From Octopus vulgaris (Eukaryota): a stretch of 64,000 bases of DNA. Every line of letters starts with the position of its first letter. The first letter of the stretch is position 1. Below the pieces are notes generated by a model. That model searched no databases. It was not told the DNA's origin and worked only from the letters and a program-made list of their open reading frames with translations. Shown in pieces: positions 13,490 through 26,709 of this stretch. The DNA lies in assembly GCA_951406725.2 (NCBI GenBank), contig OX597815.1, positions 3,162,001 through 3,226,000 on the forward strand, given 5' to 3'. The position numbers and the translations under genes were made by a program.

Positions 13490-13905
13490 TTCAATTTTTG
13501 GCACAAAACTAGAAAATTCGATGAAGTTTTTAAGTCAATTCCATCGACCCCAATACCCAAGTGGTACTTAACTTTTCGACCTGAAATGATAAAAGGCAAA
13601 GACGACCTCGGCGGAATTTGAACTCAGAACGTAAAAACAGACGAAATGCCACCAAGCATTTTGCCTGGAGTGCTAACGAGTCTGCCAGCTCGCCGCCTTC
13701 ATATTGATGGTTTCAAAGTTTTAGCAGAAGGCCCTGTATTTTCTTTTCGGTGGGGTGGGGGGAAGGTAAATCGATTATATCGACCCCAGTATTCAACTGG
13801 TACTTATTGACCCCGAAAGGATGAATGGCTTTCATCGACCTTGGCAGAATTTGAACTCAAAGCGTAAAAGATTTTTTTCCGACGCTCTGACGATTCTACC
13901 AGTTT
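13490..13905 (-). mobile_element. Two adjacent SINE family B copies
   Basis: Family B cores at ~13590 and ~13830. Confidence 0.8.
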
Positions 13906-14769
13906 CCCTTTTCCTTTTCTTGCCCCAAGGACGACGAGGGTCGCGATGTAATAACTGAAAAAGAACCAGTCAAACGTCGGAAAGTGTGGGGAACTCAAAG
14001 AGCGGTGGGATAGGATAGGGAGTGACGCAAGGGGTGAAGTTTATGAGAGGAGGGTGTGGATAGAGGGGAGGACGAAGAAGTAGCAAGTGTGTGTGTGTGT
14101 ATGTGTGTGGATGGGTTGGTCGAAGAGTTAACCTTTGTTAGCGGGAGGGTGTAGAATGGCTGGTTGTTTTAGGGGTTAAGGAGTCAAGGGGAGGATTCCG
14201 GAAGATTATCATTATTATTATCAATTATCAATTATTAATATTATTATCATTAGTAGTAGTAGTAGTGGTGGCAGTGGTAATAGTAGTAGTGTCATTTAAA
14301 GCTCGAGCGTGAATTGGTGGAGTGTATGTGTAGGGGTGGGTGGGCATCGTTGGAGTGATATGGCAGGGTGGTGTTGTGCTTGTGGGGAATGGTGTCGGGG
14401 AGGGATCAGACCCTTAATTGCTCGCTCTGACAGTTCCGCCCACTCATCTCTGCTTCAACCTCCCCTCGTCTTCGCCCTGAATGAGAGAAAAACACAAGCA
14501 AGGGATTGCTTGTACGCACACAAACCTATCGCTGCTGTAGCAGGGTCTTGTTACATTTAATTAAGGGTTAATAGAGGCAGAGAGAGAGTCTACCCTCGAG
14601 ATATTCTCACAGAATTCTCGAGAAATTGAAAGAAAATTGGGAAATAAAATAATAATTAAAAAAAAAAGGAAAAAGGAAAAGTAGAAGGAAAGAACGAGAA
14701 AAACGAAGAGAAAAGAAAGGAGAAAAAGGATAAAGAAAAGCAAGGAAAAAGAAAAAAAAAGAAATGAAG

Positions 14770-15471
14770 CCCAGCCACATGGTTCCAGGTTCAATCCCAC
14801 TGCATGACATCTTAGGCTGATATTTTAGTCTTGTGAGTGGATCTGGTAAATGGAAGTGTGTGTGTGTTTGTGTGTTTGTGTGTTTGTGTGTGTGTGTGTT
14901 TGTCTGTTAGTGTGTGTGTCTGTTTGTGTGTGTGTGTGCGTGTCTGTGTGTGTGCGTGTGTTTGTGTGTGTGAGTGCGAGTCTTTACGTCTGTCCCCCAC
15001 CACCGCTTAAGAACGGGAGTTGGTGTGTTTATATCCCCGTAACCTAGCGGTTCGGCAAAAGGCATATAATTAGTACCGGCTTTAAAATAAGTCCTGGGTC
15101 GATTCCTTCGACTGAAAATTCTTCAAGGCGGTACCCCGGAATGGGTGCAGTCTAAAGACGGAGGCAAAGTATTTTAATCTTTAGGTGACAGTTCACTCAC
15201 CATTCCAACAACACACCAGAAAGAAAGAAAATGTATAAAACAAAATATCGGGCTCTCTCTCTCTCTGTATGTGTGTGTATATACATATATATATATATAC
15301 ACCGATGCTGGTGTGTTTACGTCCCCGTCACTTAGCGGTTCGGCAAAAAGAGACCGATAGAATAAGTACTGGGCTTACAAAGAATAAGTCCCGGGTCGAT
15401 TTGCTCGACTAAAGGTGGTGCTCCAGCATGGCCGCAGTCAAATGACTGAAACAAGTAAAAGAGAGAAAAGA

Positions 15472-15519
<48 letters not shown>

Positions 15520-15720
15520 GTATGTGTGTTTTATTTTTTAATTGTCAAGTCTTTTGGCTGCAGCCATGCTGGAGCACCACCTTGAAATGTTTTACTCGAA
15601 CGAATCGACCCCAGATCTTCTTTTATGCCTGGTACTTATTCTGTCGGGCACTCTGCCGAACCGCTATGTAAATACACCAATACCAGTTGTCAAGCGGTGG
15701 GGGAGGGACAAACACACACA
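14770..15720. mobile_element. Cluster of SINE family A copies (+ 14770-15165, + tail 15300-15470, - 15545-15715)
   Basis: Family A head and tail motifs. Confidence 0.8.
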
Positions 15721-16211
15721 TACATACATATATACTTTTATGTATATGCAACGGACTCCATTCAGCCGAGGACGGGCACTTTCCTCTTCAATAGCGCCCT
15801 CATCCACTTTTATAAGTTCCACTTGGAAAGAATAATGAGATTGGAGAAGGGTCCCCCTCCGGTGTCTATGGGGTAAAATGGCCAGAGTAAATGGAGCTAC
15901 TCAAAGCATGCGCCCATAAACTGGGGTCGACCTCGAGAGAATTTGAGCTTAGAACATAAAGAAACGGACAAAATTCTACAAGACAATTTTTTCCTGGCGC
16001 TCTACCGATTCTGCCATTCTTAGATGATCAAGAAATATTTTATAGTTTACATCAAACTCTATTGGCATTTTACCAAAGTAGTTCTCGTGAGGTGCCAGTT
16101 AACTAGCCATTCCACCCCACCGCAAAAATACCAAAATCCAAAGTAAATAAATAAAAGAAAACAGAAAGTCGGTCTTTAAAAGCCAAGCTTCATTAAAATT
16201 TCTCTCATCTA

Positions 16212-16250
<39 letters not shown>

Positions 16251-16393
16251 CTGTTGCTGCAATGTTAAGTCGTTCGGTTTTGATATCAGTCAAGAAGCAT
16301 GCAACGTTGTTCAGGTTACTCCGAGAAGCTAGTTAAGAGAGTTAATTAATAAGCAAATGAAATTCAATTGAGACAACGTCTGTGAAAGCTCCG

Positions 16394-16408
16394 ACGCTAG
16401 ATGGCGCC
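16394..16408 (+). promoter_or_regulatory. CTCF-like site in a unique TAAT-rich block
   Basis: ACGCTAGATGGCGCC resembles the CC.C.AG.TGGCGC consensus. Confidence 0.35.
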
Positions 16409-16647
16409 CTTACTCAACATCCATACAGCACGAACAACGTTTAATTGCTGCAATAATTAAATGTCCTTCTTCGTAAAGAAGTTTTGAATCGTGCAAGACG
16501 TATGTAACGATTGATCGTAACATTAGGTGGCGGTGGTACTTCTGATTGTGTTTCCTAATGAAACGAGAGAAATTAGCTTTATAATTTTTCTCAGAGTAAT
16601 AGGACGAATTTCACTGGTTATCTGCGTATTTTATATCTATCTATCTA

Positions 16648-16713
<66 letters not shown>

Positions 16714-16789
16714 TGTATATAATTTATAACTGTAATACATAAATTATATAAATACAATAATCTGATATAATGTGTAAGAGATATATTAC

Positions 16790-17085
16790 ACTGGCACTCC
16801 GTCGGCTACGACGATGACTATTCCAGTTGATCCGATCAATGTAAGAGCCTGCTCGTGAAATTAACGTGTAAGTGGCTGAGTACTCCACAGACACGTGTGC
16901 CCTTAACGTAGCTCTCAGAGAGATTCAGTGTCACAAGGCTGGCTCCTTTGAATTACAGCTACAAGCCATTTTTGCCAGCTGAATGGAATGGAAGAACGTG
17001 AAATTAAGTGTCTTGCTTAAGGACACAATGTGTCACGAGGTATCAAACTGACGACCTTATCATCTTGAGCCCATGGACCGCTGAA
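16790..17085 (-). mobile_element. Chimeric SINE: family C core with family D tail
   Basis: 16790-16960 matches 30295-30480; 16965-17085 matches family C core and head. Confidence 0.75.
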
Positions 17086-17094
17086 CTCTACACA

Positions 17095-17256
17095 TCTTTT
17101 TCATTCTCTCTCTGTTTATTTCCCCTTATTCCTTTCTGTTGAAGAGCATCGGCTCGAAACATAAAAGACTTTCATTTTTCCAGAGCGTCAAACTAATACA
17201 CCTGCATGATGTTCATACACCTGTTTTCGTCTTTTGTTTTTCTATCAATTTCAACG
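17095..17256 (+). mobile_element. Short Penelope pLTR-like unit with minimal hammerhead (17132-17167)
   Basis: cttt-CTGTTGA-A-GAGC-atcg-GCTC-GAAAC-ATA-aaag. Confidence 0.65.
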
Positions 17257-17604
17257 ATCGATCGATCGATAGATAGATGGATGGATGGAGAGAGAGAGGG
17301 AGAGAGAGAGAGTGAGAGAGAGAGATAAGCAAAGACATTCGACTATTTACACCCGGAAGTAGTAAAATGTTACTATTGTTAATATCATCCGCAGTAAATA
17401 TTTTTTATTGATAATATAAACAGCAGTAACATAGGCTGTTGTTTTTCTGTTATTTGGTGCCTTCTTTCGGTTGAATTAAGAATTTAGCTCCCATTTCTAA
17501 ACAGGCTGATGCTTATTTCGCATCCTCATCCCGTTGTGCTAACTTTAAATTTTTTTCGATATATAATACTATTAGATCTGTTGAACCGCCTTTGTTACTG
17601 CTGT

Positions 17605-17669
<65 letters not shown>

Positions 17670-17929
17670 TATAAAAAGGGGGGAAAAGTATATGAGCGCA
17701 TGCATATACATTTTGTGTGTGTTTTTTTATTTGATCGGCAGAAGGTTAAAGGTACCCCCCACCCCAAAAGCATCTGTATTCCTGCGTGTATTTTGTTTCT
17801 CTGGTTTGTTTTACCAAATATGTGACTCAGTACGCATGCGTATTTGTTGGGTATTTGAATCAATGAACTGACATAAAAATCTATGCGTATACAAATGTGC
17901 GTACATTCACAAAAACGCACACATTTATA

Positions 17930-18375
17930 TAGTCATGTATACATACAGGCATACATATACACATACATACATATATACACACACACATATATATATATAC
18001 ACACATATACACATATACGCACACACATATACCCACACATACATATACGCACGCACACACATGCATACACACATGCATATACACATACGCGCACACACAT
18101 ACACATATATACACACATACATACACACACACATATACACACACACATACGCACACACACATACACATATATACACACATACATACACACACACACATAT
18201 ACATACACATATACATACATATATATACACACATACATATATATACACACATATATATACACACACACATATATATACACACACACACACACATATATAT
18301 ATATTTATATACACACACATTTAAACACATACATACATACACACACATATACATACATGCACACACACACACACC
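17930..18375. repeat. Degenerate CA/TA microsatellite
   Basis: Visible. Confidence 0.95.
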
Positions 18376-18760
18376 ACCGCATTAGTGATCCTATCACGAA
18401 AAAGCCGTTTCCTCTGTGAAATTCTTCAAAACTCCATTCCTGTCTGAGTGTTTATTCAAGACAAGAGTTATTTCATTGAAACTCTATTAAAACAAAACAA
18501 ATTCAAAGACGGATTTCTTTAAACCTACAACTCCAGACATTAATCTCTGATTCTTTATAATCCACCCTCCTCCCACTCCTCTTACTATCGCTGATCTCTT
18601 TTCTTTTTTGCTCTTCTTTTAAATTCATTTTTTGAGAAAGAGTTTTTTTTTTCGTTTAATTTTTCCTGTTCTGTTTCACAATCTCTCTCATTACCCAGGG
18701 AGCGCTCTCTTCACAGTCATCTTCCTATCTATGTTTATGCAGAGAGCGTCTATGAGTGAT

Positions 18761-18810
<50 letters not shown>

Positions 18811-19302
18811 TATATAGAGAGAGAGAGTCGCAGACTTTGTTGCGTGGTAAGAAGTTAGATTCTCAATGACATGGTTTCGGGTTTAGTTCCATAGCGAGGC
18901 ATCTTGGGCAAGTGTCTTCTGCTGTAGCCTCTGGCCGACCAAAGCCTTGTGAGTTGATCTGGTAGGCAGAAACTGAAAGAAGCTCGTCACACATACAAAC
19001 ACAAACATTAACTATGAAGATATTTAGACCTCTTCTAGGGATATTTTTATAAATATATTGTATTTTGAAGAGATATTTCTTCAATGAATATATTATGAAA
19101 TAGCATTTGTTATTTCATGATAAGTTTGAAAACGGAAAGATCCAATGGATACAAATTAATTAACATCTTCCCCTACAGTTGCCTCATTTTGCATCCAATT
19201 TAAACCACAGTGCATCATCTTGCATTGCGAAATACTTCTGGTGGAAAACCATCAGAGCATGACAAAGGGCAATACAAGGATTACATTATGATCTGTTGGA
19301 AT

Positions 19303-19374
<72 letters not shown>

Positions 19375-19378
<4 letters not shown>

Positions 19379-19690
19379 AGGATAAAATTTTTCGAAGAAA
19401 ATTCTGTCAATGGCCAGCATATTAAAAATACCTTTAAAGGTTAAATTTATAAACAACTTATAAACAAGGGCAAAAAAAAATTCTAATGCCGAAATATGAC
19501 AAAATCGTCAATAACCATATAATTCATCACTATAAGCACGCGTACCACATAATATATATATACATTAGAATATATATTATATAATAGAATGGACGAAAGC
19601 GCTAATATATGATATATAAAAACATACTAATAAATATCTGTAAATATAAAACCATCCGGATTTCTGAGTACCTCATTTCTTCTAATATAT
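19375..19690 (-). mobile_element. (TA)n-flanked Penelope-like fragment with truncated hammerhead-like motif (19652-19684)
   Basis: AGAAGA-AA-TGAG-gta-CTCA-GAAA-TCCGGA-T; left end resembles 10970-11060. Confidence 0.4.
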
Positions 19691-19764
19691 ATATATATAA
19701 AGGAAGTCTTGCCATCTATTTAATACTTCTGAAAGACATTTAGTTAGTGGATAATTGCTTGTGT

Positions 19765-20010
19765 GGAAGCACTTGGCCTAGTGGTTAGAGCAACGGGTTC
19801 GAATCTCAGACCGGACGATGTGTGTGTTTATGAATGAAACACCTAAGCTCAACGCGGCTCAAACAGAAAGTAACGGCAAACTTCTGCTGACTCTTTCGCC
19901 ACAACTTTCTCTCACTCTTTCCTCCTGCATCTCGCAGCTCACCTGCGACGGACCGGCGTCCCGTCCAGGTGGGGGAACCGGCCCTAATGAGCCAGGCATG
20001 TCTCCAGAAG
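19765..20010 (+). mobile_element. tRNA-headed SINE (family D head, V-like tail)
   Basis: TGGCCTAGTGGTTAGAG / GGTTCGAATC boxes; GCGACGGACCGGCGTCCCGTCCAGG. Confidence 0.75.
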
Positions 20011-20029
20011 AAACAAGCAACAACAGAAT

Positions 20030-20270
20030 TGCTTGCGTTAATTCTGTCCCAATCGAATATGTTTGGTCGACTTAATTTTATATTTGACGTTTGTGGAATC
20101 CACGCGACGGCAGATTTGTGATGCATCGAAAAACAAGTAAAATTATAGCTTTCAATATTACAGGTATTTAAGTTGTTGCTGTTTTGAGATATAGGTAACA
20201 ACTTGATATCACAGGTGTTTCTTCGGCAGAGTTTGAAACCGGGACTTGAAGAGCTGGGATTAATATTGCA
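20030..20270 (-). pseudogene. Possible Penelope GIY-YIG endonuclease relic
   Basis: PGFKLC..TC...FTC...HKSAVA...IFDW motif order in ORF 19806-20342. Confidence 0.4.
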
Positions 20271-20869
20271 TTGAATTACTTTCGGAAACATTCTTTTAAA
20301 TATTTGCGTAGAAATAAAACAAATGAACGCGGTTTCAATCAACTAAATTGACAAACGTATGTGAATCAAAATAAGAAACTTACCTTTCGGTGTTAAAATT
20401 TTAAAGTATTAAGTCGTCCATATTAAGACAATGGTTGGTATTCCTCGCGTCTTCCTCCAGGTAGTACAAACATGGCGGAAACACAGACACAGCATAGTTA
20501 TAGAGTTACGAGGTGAATAAAATAAACAATATGAATGAATAACATTCGTTAATCATAAATTTAATCTCGGGCACTCTCCTACACACAAACAAAATGGCAA
20601 TGGTTATACATATAAAATGTAATTTTAAAAAAAAAGTACCGATAATTTTTTTTAAATTAGGAACATATTTTTTCATGTGTCTCTTTGGAAAAATAGTCGC
20701 GTAACGTGGTTGGTGTTGTGGTTTACAACATACATACCTTCATTTCTCTTTCTCCATACACACACATATATATATAGAGAGAGACATAGACACACACACT
20801 TATATATACAGACGTGTATTTATAGATATAAACAATTATATTTATAATACGTGGTTGTTATGTCTTTTG

Positions 20870-21280
20870 AGGCGGCGATCTGGCAGAAACGTTAAGCACG
20901 CCGGGCGAAATGCTTAGTGGTATTTCATCTGCCGTTACGTTCTGAGTTCAAATTCCGCCGAGGTCGACTTTGCCTTTCATCCTTTCGGGGTCGATAAATT
21001 AAGTACCAGTTACGCACTGGGGTCGATGTAATCGACTTAATACCTATGTCTGTCCTTGTTTGTCTCCTCTGTCTTTAGCCCCTTGTGGGTAATAAAGAAA
21101 TATGTATTTCATCTGCCGTTACGTTCTGAGTTCAAATTCCGCCGAGGTCAACTTTGCCTTTCATCTTTTCGGGGTTGATTATAGAAGTATCAGTTAATTA
21201 CTGGGGTCGATGTAATCGTCTTAATCCCCTTGTTTGTCCCTTCTATGCTTAGCCCCCCTGTGGGCAATAAAGAAATAAAT
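20870..21280 (+). mobile_element. SINE family B dimer
   Basis: One head plus two ~184-bp units. Confidence 0.9.
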
Positions 21281-21318
21281 ACGTAGTCTTTATCTCTTTT
21301 ATTTCTCTCCCTCTCCCT

Positions 21319-21379
<61 letters not shown>

Positions 21380-21380
<1 letters not shown>

Positions 21381-21880
21381 TGAAGGGTAGGAGAGAGTAA
21401 GATAGTTAATTTTGATATAATATTTGATATATGGAATGTTAAAATAATTATGTGGTGGCGAGAAATAACAATATTAGTCAATAATTAATATTGTTTTAAT
21501 TATTTCGGCAACTACAGAAGACAACTTTGAACATGTTTCGGCCTCATCAAGACTACATCAGCGAAGCACATCTCTTCGAATTGTGAACTTGTTGCAATAG
21601 AATTACTAAATAATTAAACAATAGCATACACTTATTGGAAATAATATTACTGATAAAAGAACTAACTTAGAGACGCTATCACCATGAAAAACAATAGTTA
21701 AGTTAATGTTAATATATTTAATAGCTGGAATATTATAAAACTCTCTAGAAACGAGAGCAGTTGTATCTTCAGAATAGTCAAGAGATAAGTCTGTGATTAT
21801 ATACTCTTTACTATTTTGCTGAACAACTAAGTTCAAAACCAACAGAGATCGAATATTCACAGAACATGTTTCAAATGAAT
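21380..21880 (-). mobile_element. Penelope-like 3' fragment with hammerhead-like motif (21525-21566)
   Basis: cttcg-CTGATGT-AGTCTT-gat-GAGGCC-GAAA-CATG-TT-caaag; ACATGT palindrome. Confidence 0.5.
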
Positions 21881-23365
21881 AGAAACGTTATTGTTTCGAT
21901 TCTCACTGTGCTGTGTGCATTCTACAAATTATTATCTTTTTGGCCACGGAAGGAAGTTCTTCAAACTATGGAATTATGAAATATATCCCTTATATTATTG
22001 TTTAGTTTCATCATTATTTACCTTTTCTTCAAATTATTCTTTAGCTGAGCCGGCAGAATCGTTAGCAGGCCGGACAAAATGGTTAGCAGCATTTCATCCG
22101 TCTTTATATTCTGAGATCAGATTTTGCCGATGTTGACTTTGCCTTTCATCCTTTCGAGGTTGATAAAATAGATACCAGTTGAGCCCTGGGGGTCGATGGA
22201 ATCGACTTCCCCGCCACCCCTCAAAACTCCTGTCCTTGTGCTAAAATGCAAAACCAATATTTGTATTAAGGTATTATTTATGTGTAAGTTAAAATTTTAT
22301 TTCACTTAAAATATTTTATCGTTAATATTTGTTGATTTGTATATTTTGAACAGTTCAAATTATTTTCTTTGTAACTGACACACCACTAAAAACTTTGAAA
22401 GTATAAAATTTATAAACAAAATATTATTTCATAAACACTTTAGCCTTCTATCGAATACTATATCTCAGATAATATTTTAAGTCAGAAGCTGGCATCTGAA
22501 CAAAAGAAAAAAAGAAGGAAACAATGGATTCTGTAAAGAAAAAGAAAATTTACTGAAATTAGTTATCGTCTGCATCAGAGAAAAAAACAATAAACAGTAA
22601 ACAATAAAATTCGTAAAAAATGTTCGTGTGTTGTTTGAAGAATTGAGAATATGTAAGCTTTGCCGATTTGGACACTACGATTCTTGGTCAAACCTCGCTT
22701 CCTCACGGCAAACAAGTCTGTATTATTTGTGGAATTTTAACGACTTGTGTAAACATGTTATTTTAGTTTCAAAGCCTGTCTAACATTGTCGGCCATGTTT
22801 AACGCCTTAATTACATGTTTGTAACGGACGACGTCGAATTGGGATTCCAGAAACGAAGAAAAATATCTAAAGTGATTCGTATGAAGGAAGGCGGCGAAGA
22901 GGAGGTGAGATATAGACTTATTAGTGAAGTATTTCACATACAGATGTTTAATCACGGATCAGCCGTCTTAAGAAGACTTATGTTCAAATGTATTCCAACC
23001 GTGACCGTTCCGCCAAGTTTATTAAACATTGTGCAATTCGAAATACATTATTTAGTATGTTCTCTTTATTTTATGCTAAGGTGTGGTTTACTGGAGGTTT
23101 TGCTGCTAATTCAAGTGACCCCGTAATAGCTCACATGCCTAAAATAGGTTGGGATAAAAGTGCGGATGTTTAATATTCAGATGAAAGTTATCGGTTGGCC
23201 AAATCCAACCCTTAGGTCGTAGTTCTGAGTACCCCCCCCCCACAACCGAATGAAAGAGATGTATTTAAGAGGTTACAAACAGCAGCCGATTTACAAATGC
23301 TTTAACAGTAAGTGAGCGCATGCGTGTGAGTGAGTGCATACGTGTGTATCAGTGTGTGTGTATCA

Positions 23366-23980
23366 GGCGGCGAGTTGGCAGAAACGTTAGCACGCCGGGC
23401 GAAATGCGTAGTCGTATTTCGTCTGTCGTTAACGTTCTGAGTTCAAATTCCGCCGAGGTCGACTTTGCCTTTCATCCTTTCGGGGTCGATAAATTAAGTA
23501 CCAGTTACGTACTGGGGTCGATGTAATCGACCTAATACCTATGTCTGTCCTTGTTTGTCCCCTCTGTCTTTAGCCCCTTGTGGGTAATAAAGAAATAGGT
23601 ATTTCATCTGTCGCTACGTTCTGAGTTCAAATTCCGCCGAGGTCTACTTTGCCTTTCATCCTTTCGGGGTCGATTAAATAAGTACCAGTTACGCACTGGG
23701 GTCGATGTAATCGACTTAACTCCTTTGTCTGTCCTTGTTTGTCCCCCTCTATGTTTAGCCCCTTGTGGGCAATAAAGAAATAAGAATCCTTAGCACGTCG
23801 AAAATGCTTAGCGACATTTTGTCTGTCTACGTTTTGAGTTCAAATCCCTCCGAGGTCGAGTCACTCGTTCATCCTTTCGGGGTCGATAAAACAAGTACCA
23901 GTTGAACACTGGCGTCGATGTAATCGACTTACCTCCTCTCAGGAACTTTCTGGTCTCGTGGCAAAAATTTGAAATCAAAA
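23366..23980 (+). mobile_element. SINE family B trimer
   Basis: GTTCAAAT B-boxes at 23441, 23625 and ~23838. Confidence 0.9.
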
Positions 23981-24288
23981 TGTTGACAGGATCTTCGAAG
24001 TTTCTCAAGCCAGCACGAAGGAAATTCCGAAGTTTCTGTCAACAATGTCCCAATAAATCTTACACTCTTTACATGAAATGTCTTTTATGCATTGTTGATA
24101 TTCGTTGTTTACGCATTTAAAACATTATTTAACATATACATACATTATACATACATGTATGTAGGCATGTATATATATATATATATATACGTGTGTTTGT
24201 GTTTGGATATATAAAAATACATATATTAGCATAACTTTATCTGCATACATACACGCAGACATACACATATATATGTATTTACATATGT

Positions 24289-24340
<52 letters not shown>

Positions 24341-24679
24341 ATAATATATGTATGTGTACCCATAGGTGTATACGTTTTTTCAATACTTTCATACAAGTTT
24401 CAATGGTTTAACACAAACACACACACACATTCATACAAGTTTGTATACATTTATTTACCCAGTAAAACTTTCAGATAGATGTAAGATAAAACAAACAGAA
24501 AAAAAATGTTGATTCTATGCATACAGATGGTCGTACGGTCGTATATATACGCATATATATATAAAGTAATATTTATATTTACCGTGTATTTACACAGTTA
24601 AAACGTCCTCCGTATGCATGCTCACATGTTTGGATAAAACATTTTAAAATATATGTACCGATGTACATTCGGACATATT

Positions 24680-24840
24680 CAGACACCTGTGTGGATGTGT
24701 GTGTGTGTGTGTGTTGTTGTGTGTGTGGTTGCGTGTGTGTGTGGTTGTGTGTGCACGTGTATGTGTGTGTGTGTGATTGTGTGTGTGTGTGATTGTCTGG
24801 GATTGTGTGTGATTGTGTGTATGTGTGTGATTGTGTGTGG

Positions 24841-24874
<34 letters not shown>

Positions 24875-25078
24875 TTGTGTGTGATTGTGTGTGATTGTGT
24901 GTGTGTGTGATTTAGTGTGATTGTGTGTATGTGTGTGATTGTGTGTGGTTGTGTGTGTGTGTGTGCGTAATGCATACATACATACATACATACATACATA
25001 CAAACATACATACATACATACATACATACATACATACATACATACATACAAACATACATACATACATATATGCATACA

Positions 25079-25111
<33 letters not shown>

Positions 25112-25345
25112 GTATCTATATATACGTATATATAAGGAGAGAGAACAGTATGTGTGTATCTATATGTATGTAGGTAAGTATACACGCATACATCTATCTG
25201 TTGATCTGTTCGTTTATCTGTCTGTCTGTCTATCAATCTGTCTATCTGTGTGTGTGTGTGTGTGTGTGTATGTGTGTGTGTGAGTGAGTGTGTGTGTGAG
25301 TGAGTGTGTGTGTGCGCGCGTGCGCTTGTCTGCGTGTATACGAGC
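24680..25345. repeat. Compound TG / TGTGAT / CATA microsatellite
   Basis: Visible. Confidence 0.95.
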
Positions 25346-25809
25346 GCGTGAGATGGGGTGTAATTCCTGCCAAGAAAATTTCATTCTACCAAAGATTCCA
25401 TTGAAGGCGTCATCAGAAATTGCTGCCAATTTCCAAACCAGTAGAATGGCTAACCATTCCGTTGTGGCTATAAATATTTGAACTAACCGTTGTGGAGTGA
25501 TGTTGATATATTCTTTGGCAGAAGATATCTTTCTAGACAGTCTTTCCCAAATTCGTATCCTTTTGCGACGGATAACAGCTTCAAAGGATTTTATATTTGG
25601 GAAGAAAATGGTAGGAAAACACACGCATGAACTTTTATAGAATCGTTTATAGAATCTTGTTAATCGTGTATTTTATTGTATGCTGTTTACTATTAGTTAA
25701 AAACGGCCTGTTTTACAATGAAGCTGATTACGTATCAATGACATGATAAAGCGGCAGAGTAGTGCTGGTAGTTGTAACGGTGGTGGTTGTAATGGTGCAA
25801 TAAGAGAAA

Positions 25810-26690
25810 AGGAATGGAATACAATGGGTGCATGTCAGAAAAATCGAAGAGAATCCTCTGCATGGCCAACTTTGAAGCGCTACTGAAGATGTAAGTGCAA
25901 CAAAATCTTGGGCTTGGTTAAAAATGGGGGCAATTAAAAAAAGAAACAGAGAGCCTAATTGTAGCAGCTCAAGATGAAGCGATAAGAACAAACAACTTGA
26001 GCAAAAATATGTATGGAGAGAATGTGTAAAAAAAATGTAGAGCCTGTAGAACCCGGAACGAGATAGTGGCACACATTGTGGCAGAATGTCCCAAGTTGGC
26101 ACAGGAAGAATATAAGAAATGGAGGCACGACCAGGTTGTAAAAGTTTTACACTGGAAAAATTGCCAGAAATGGGGATTTGAAGCTGGAAACACATGGTAA
26201 AATCACCATGTCGGAAGAGTATTGGAGTTGAAGAAATGTAAGATTTTGTAGGACTTACCTATTCAAACAGACAAATGGTTAGGAAATAATAGATCGGACA
26301 TAACAATTATAGATAAGGAAAAGCAAAGTTGTTTACTAATTGACCCGTGAGAGCAGTTGGATTCCAGGATTGTAAAGGAAGAGGACGAAAATAATACAAT
26401 CTCTTAAAACTTGAAATAGGAAGAATTTGGAGTATGAGAACAATAAAGGTCGTGCCTATGATAATTGGTGCGTTGGGAATAGAAAACCAAAATATAGACA
26501 AATGGCTGGAGGAGATTGGAATAGAATGCCCGGTAGAGCCCGTAAAGAAGGTCTATTAGGGACAGCATGGATTATCAGGAGGGTTCTAAGCACTTAAAAG
26601 ACAGCTGAAAACTTGGGGCTACCTAAGGTTACAAGTAGTAACCCGCTAACAACATAATTCCTATCAGGGATATAATAATAATGATTATCC
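25810..26690 (+). mobile_element. Degenerate C-terminal half of R4/Dong-clade RLE retrotransposon
   Basis: LHGQ, ETESLIVAAQDEAIRT, CRAC..HIVAEC knuckle, RHDQV, IQTD, VVPMIIGALG, GTA.IIRRVL*; TAA tail. Confidence 0.85.
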
Positions 26691-26709
26691 AAAATAATAA
26701 TGATAATAA

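Noticed and set aside
22767-22904. Exon starting at the TTTTAG acceptor (22766)
   Set aside because: Stops in all three frames
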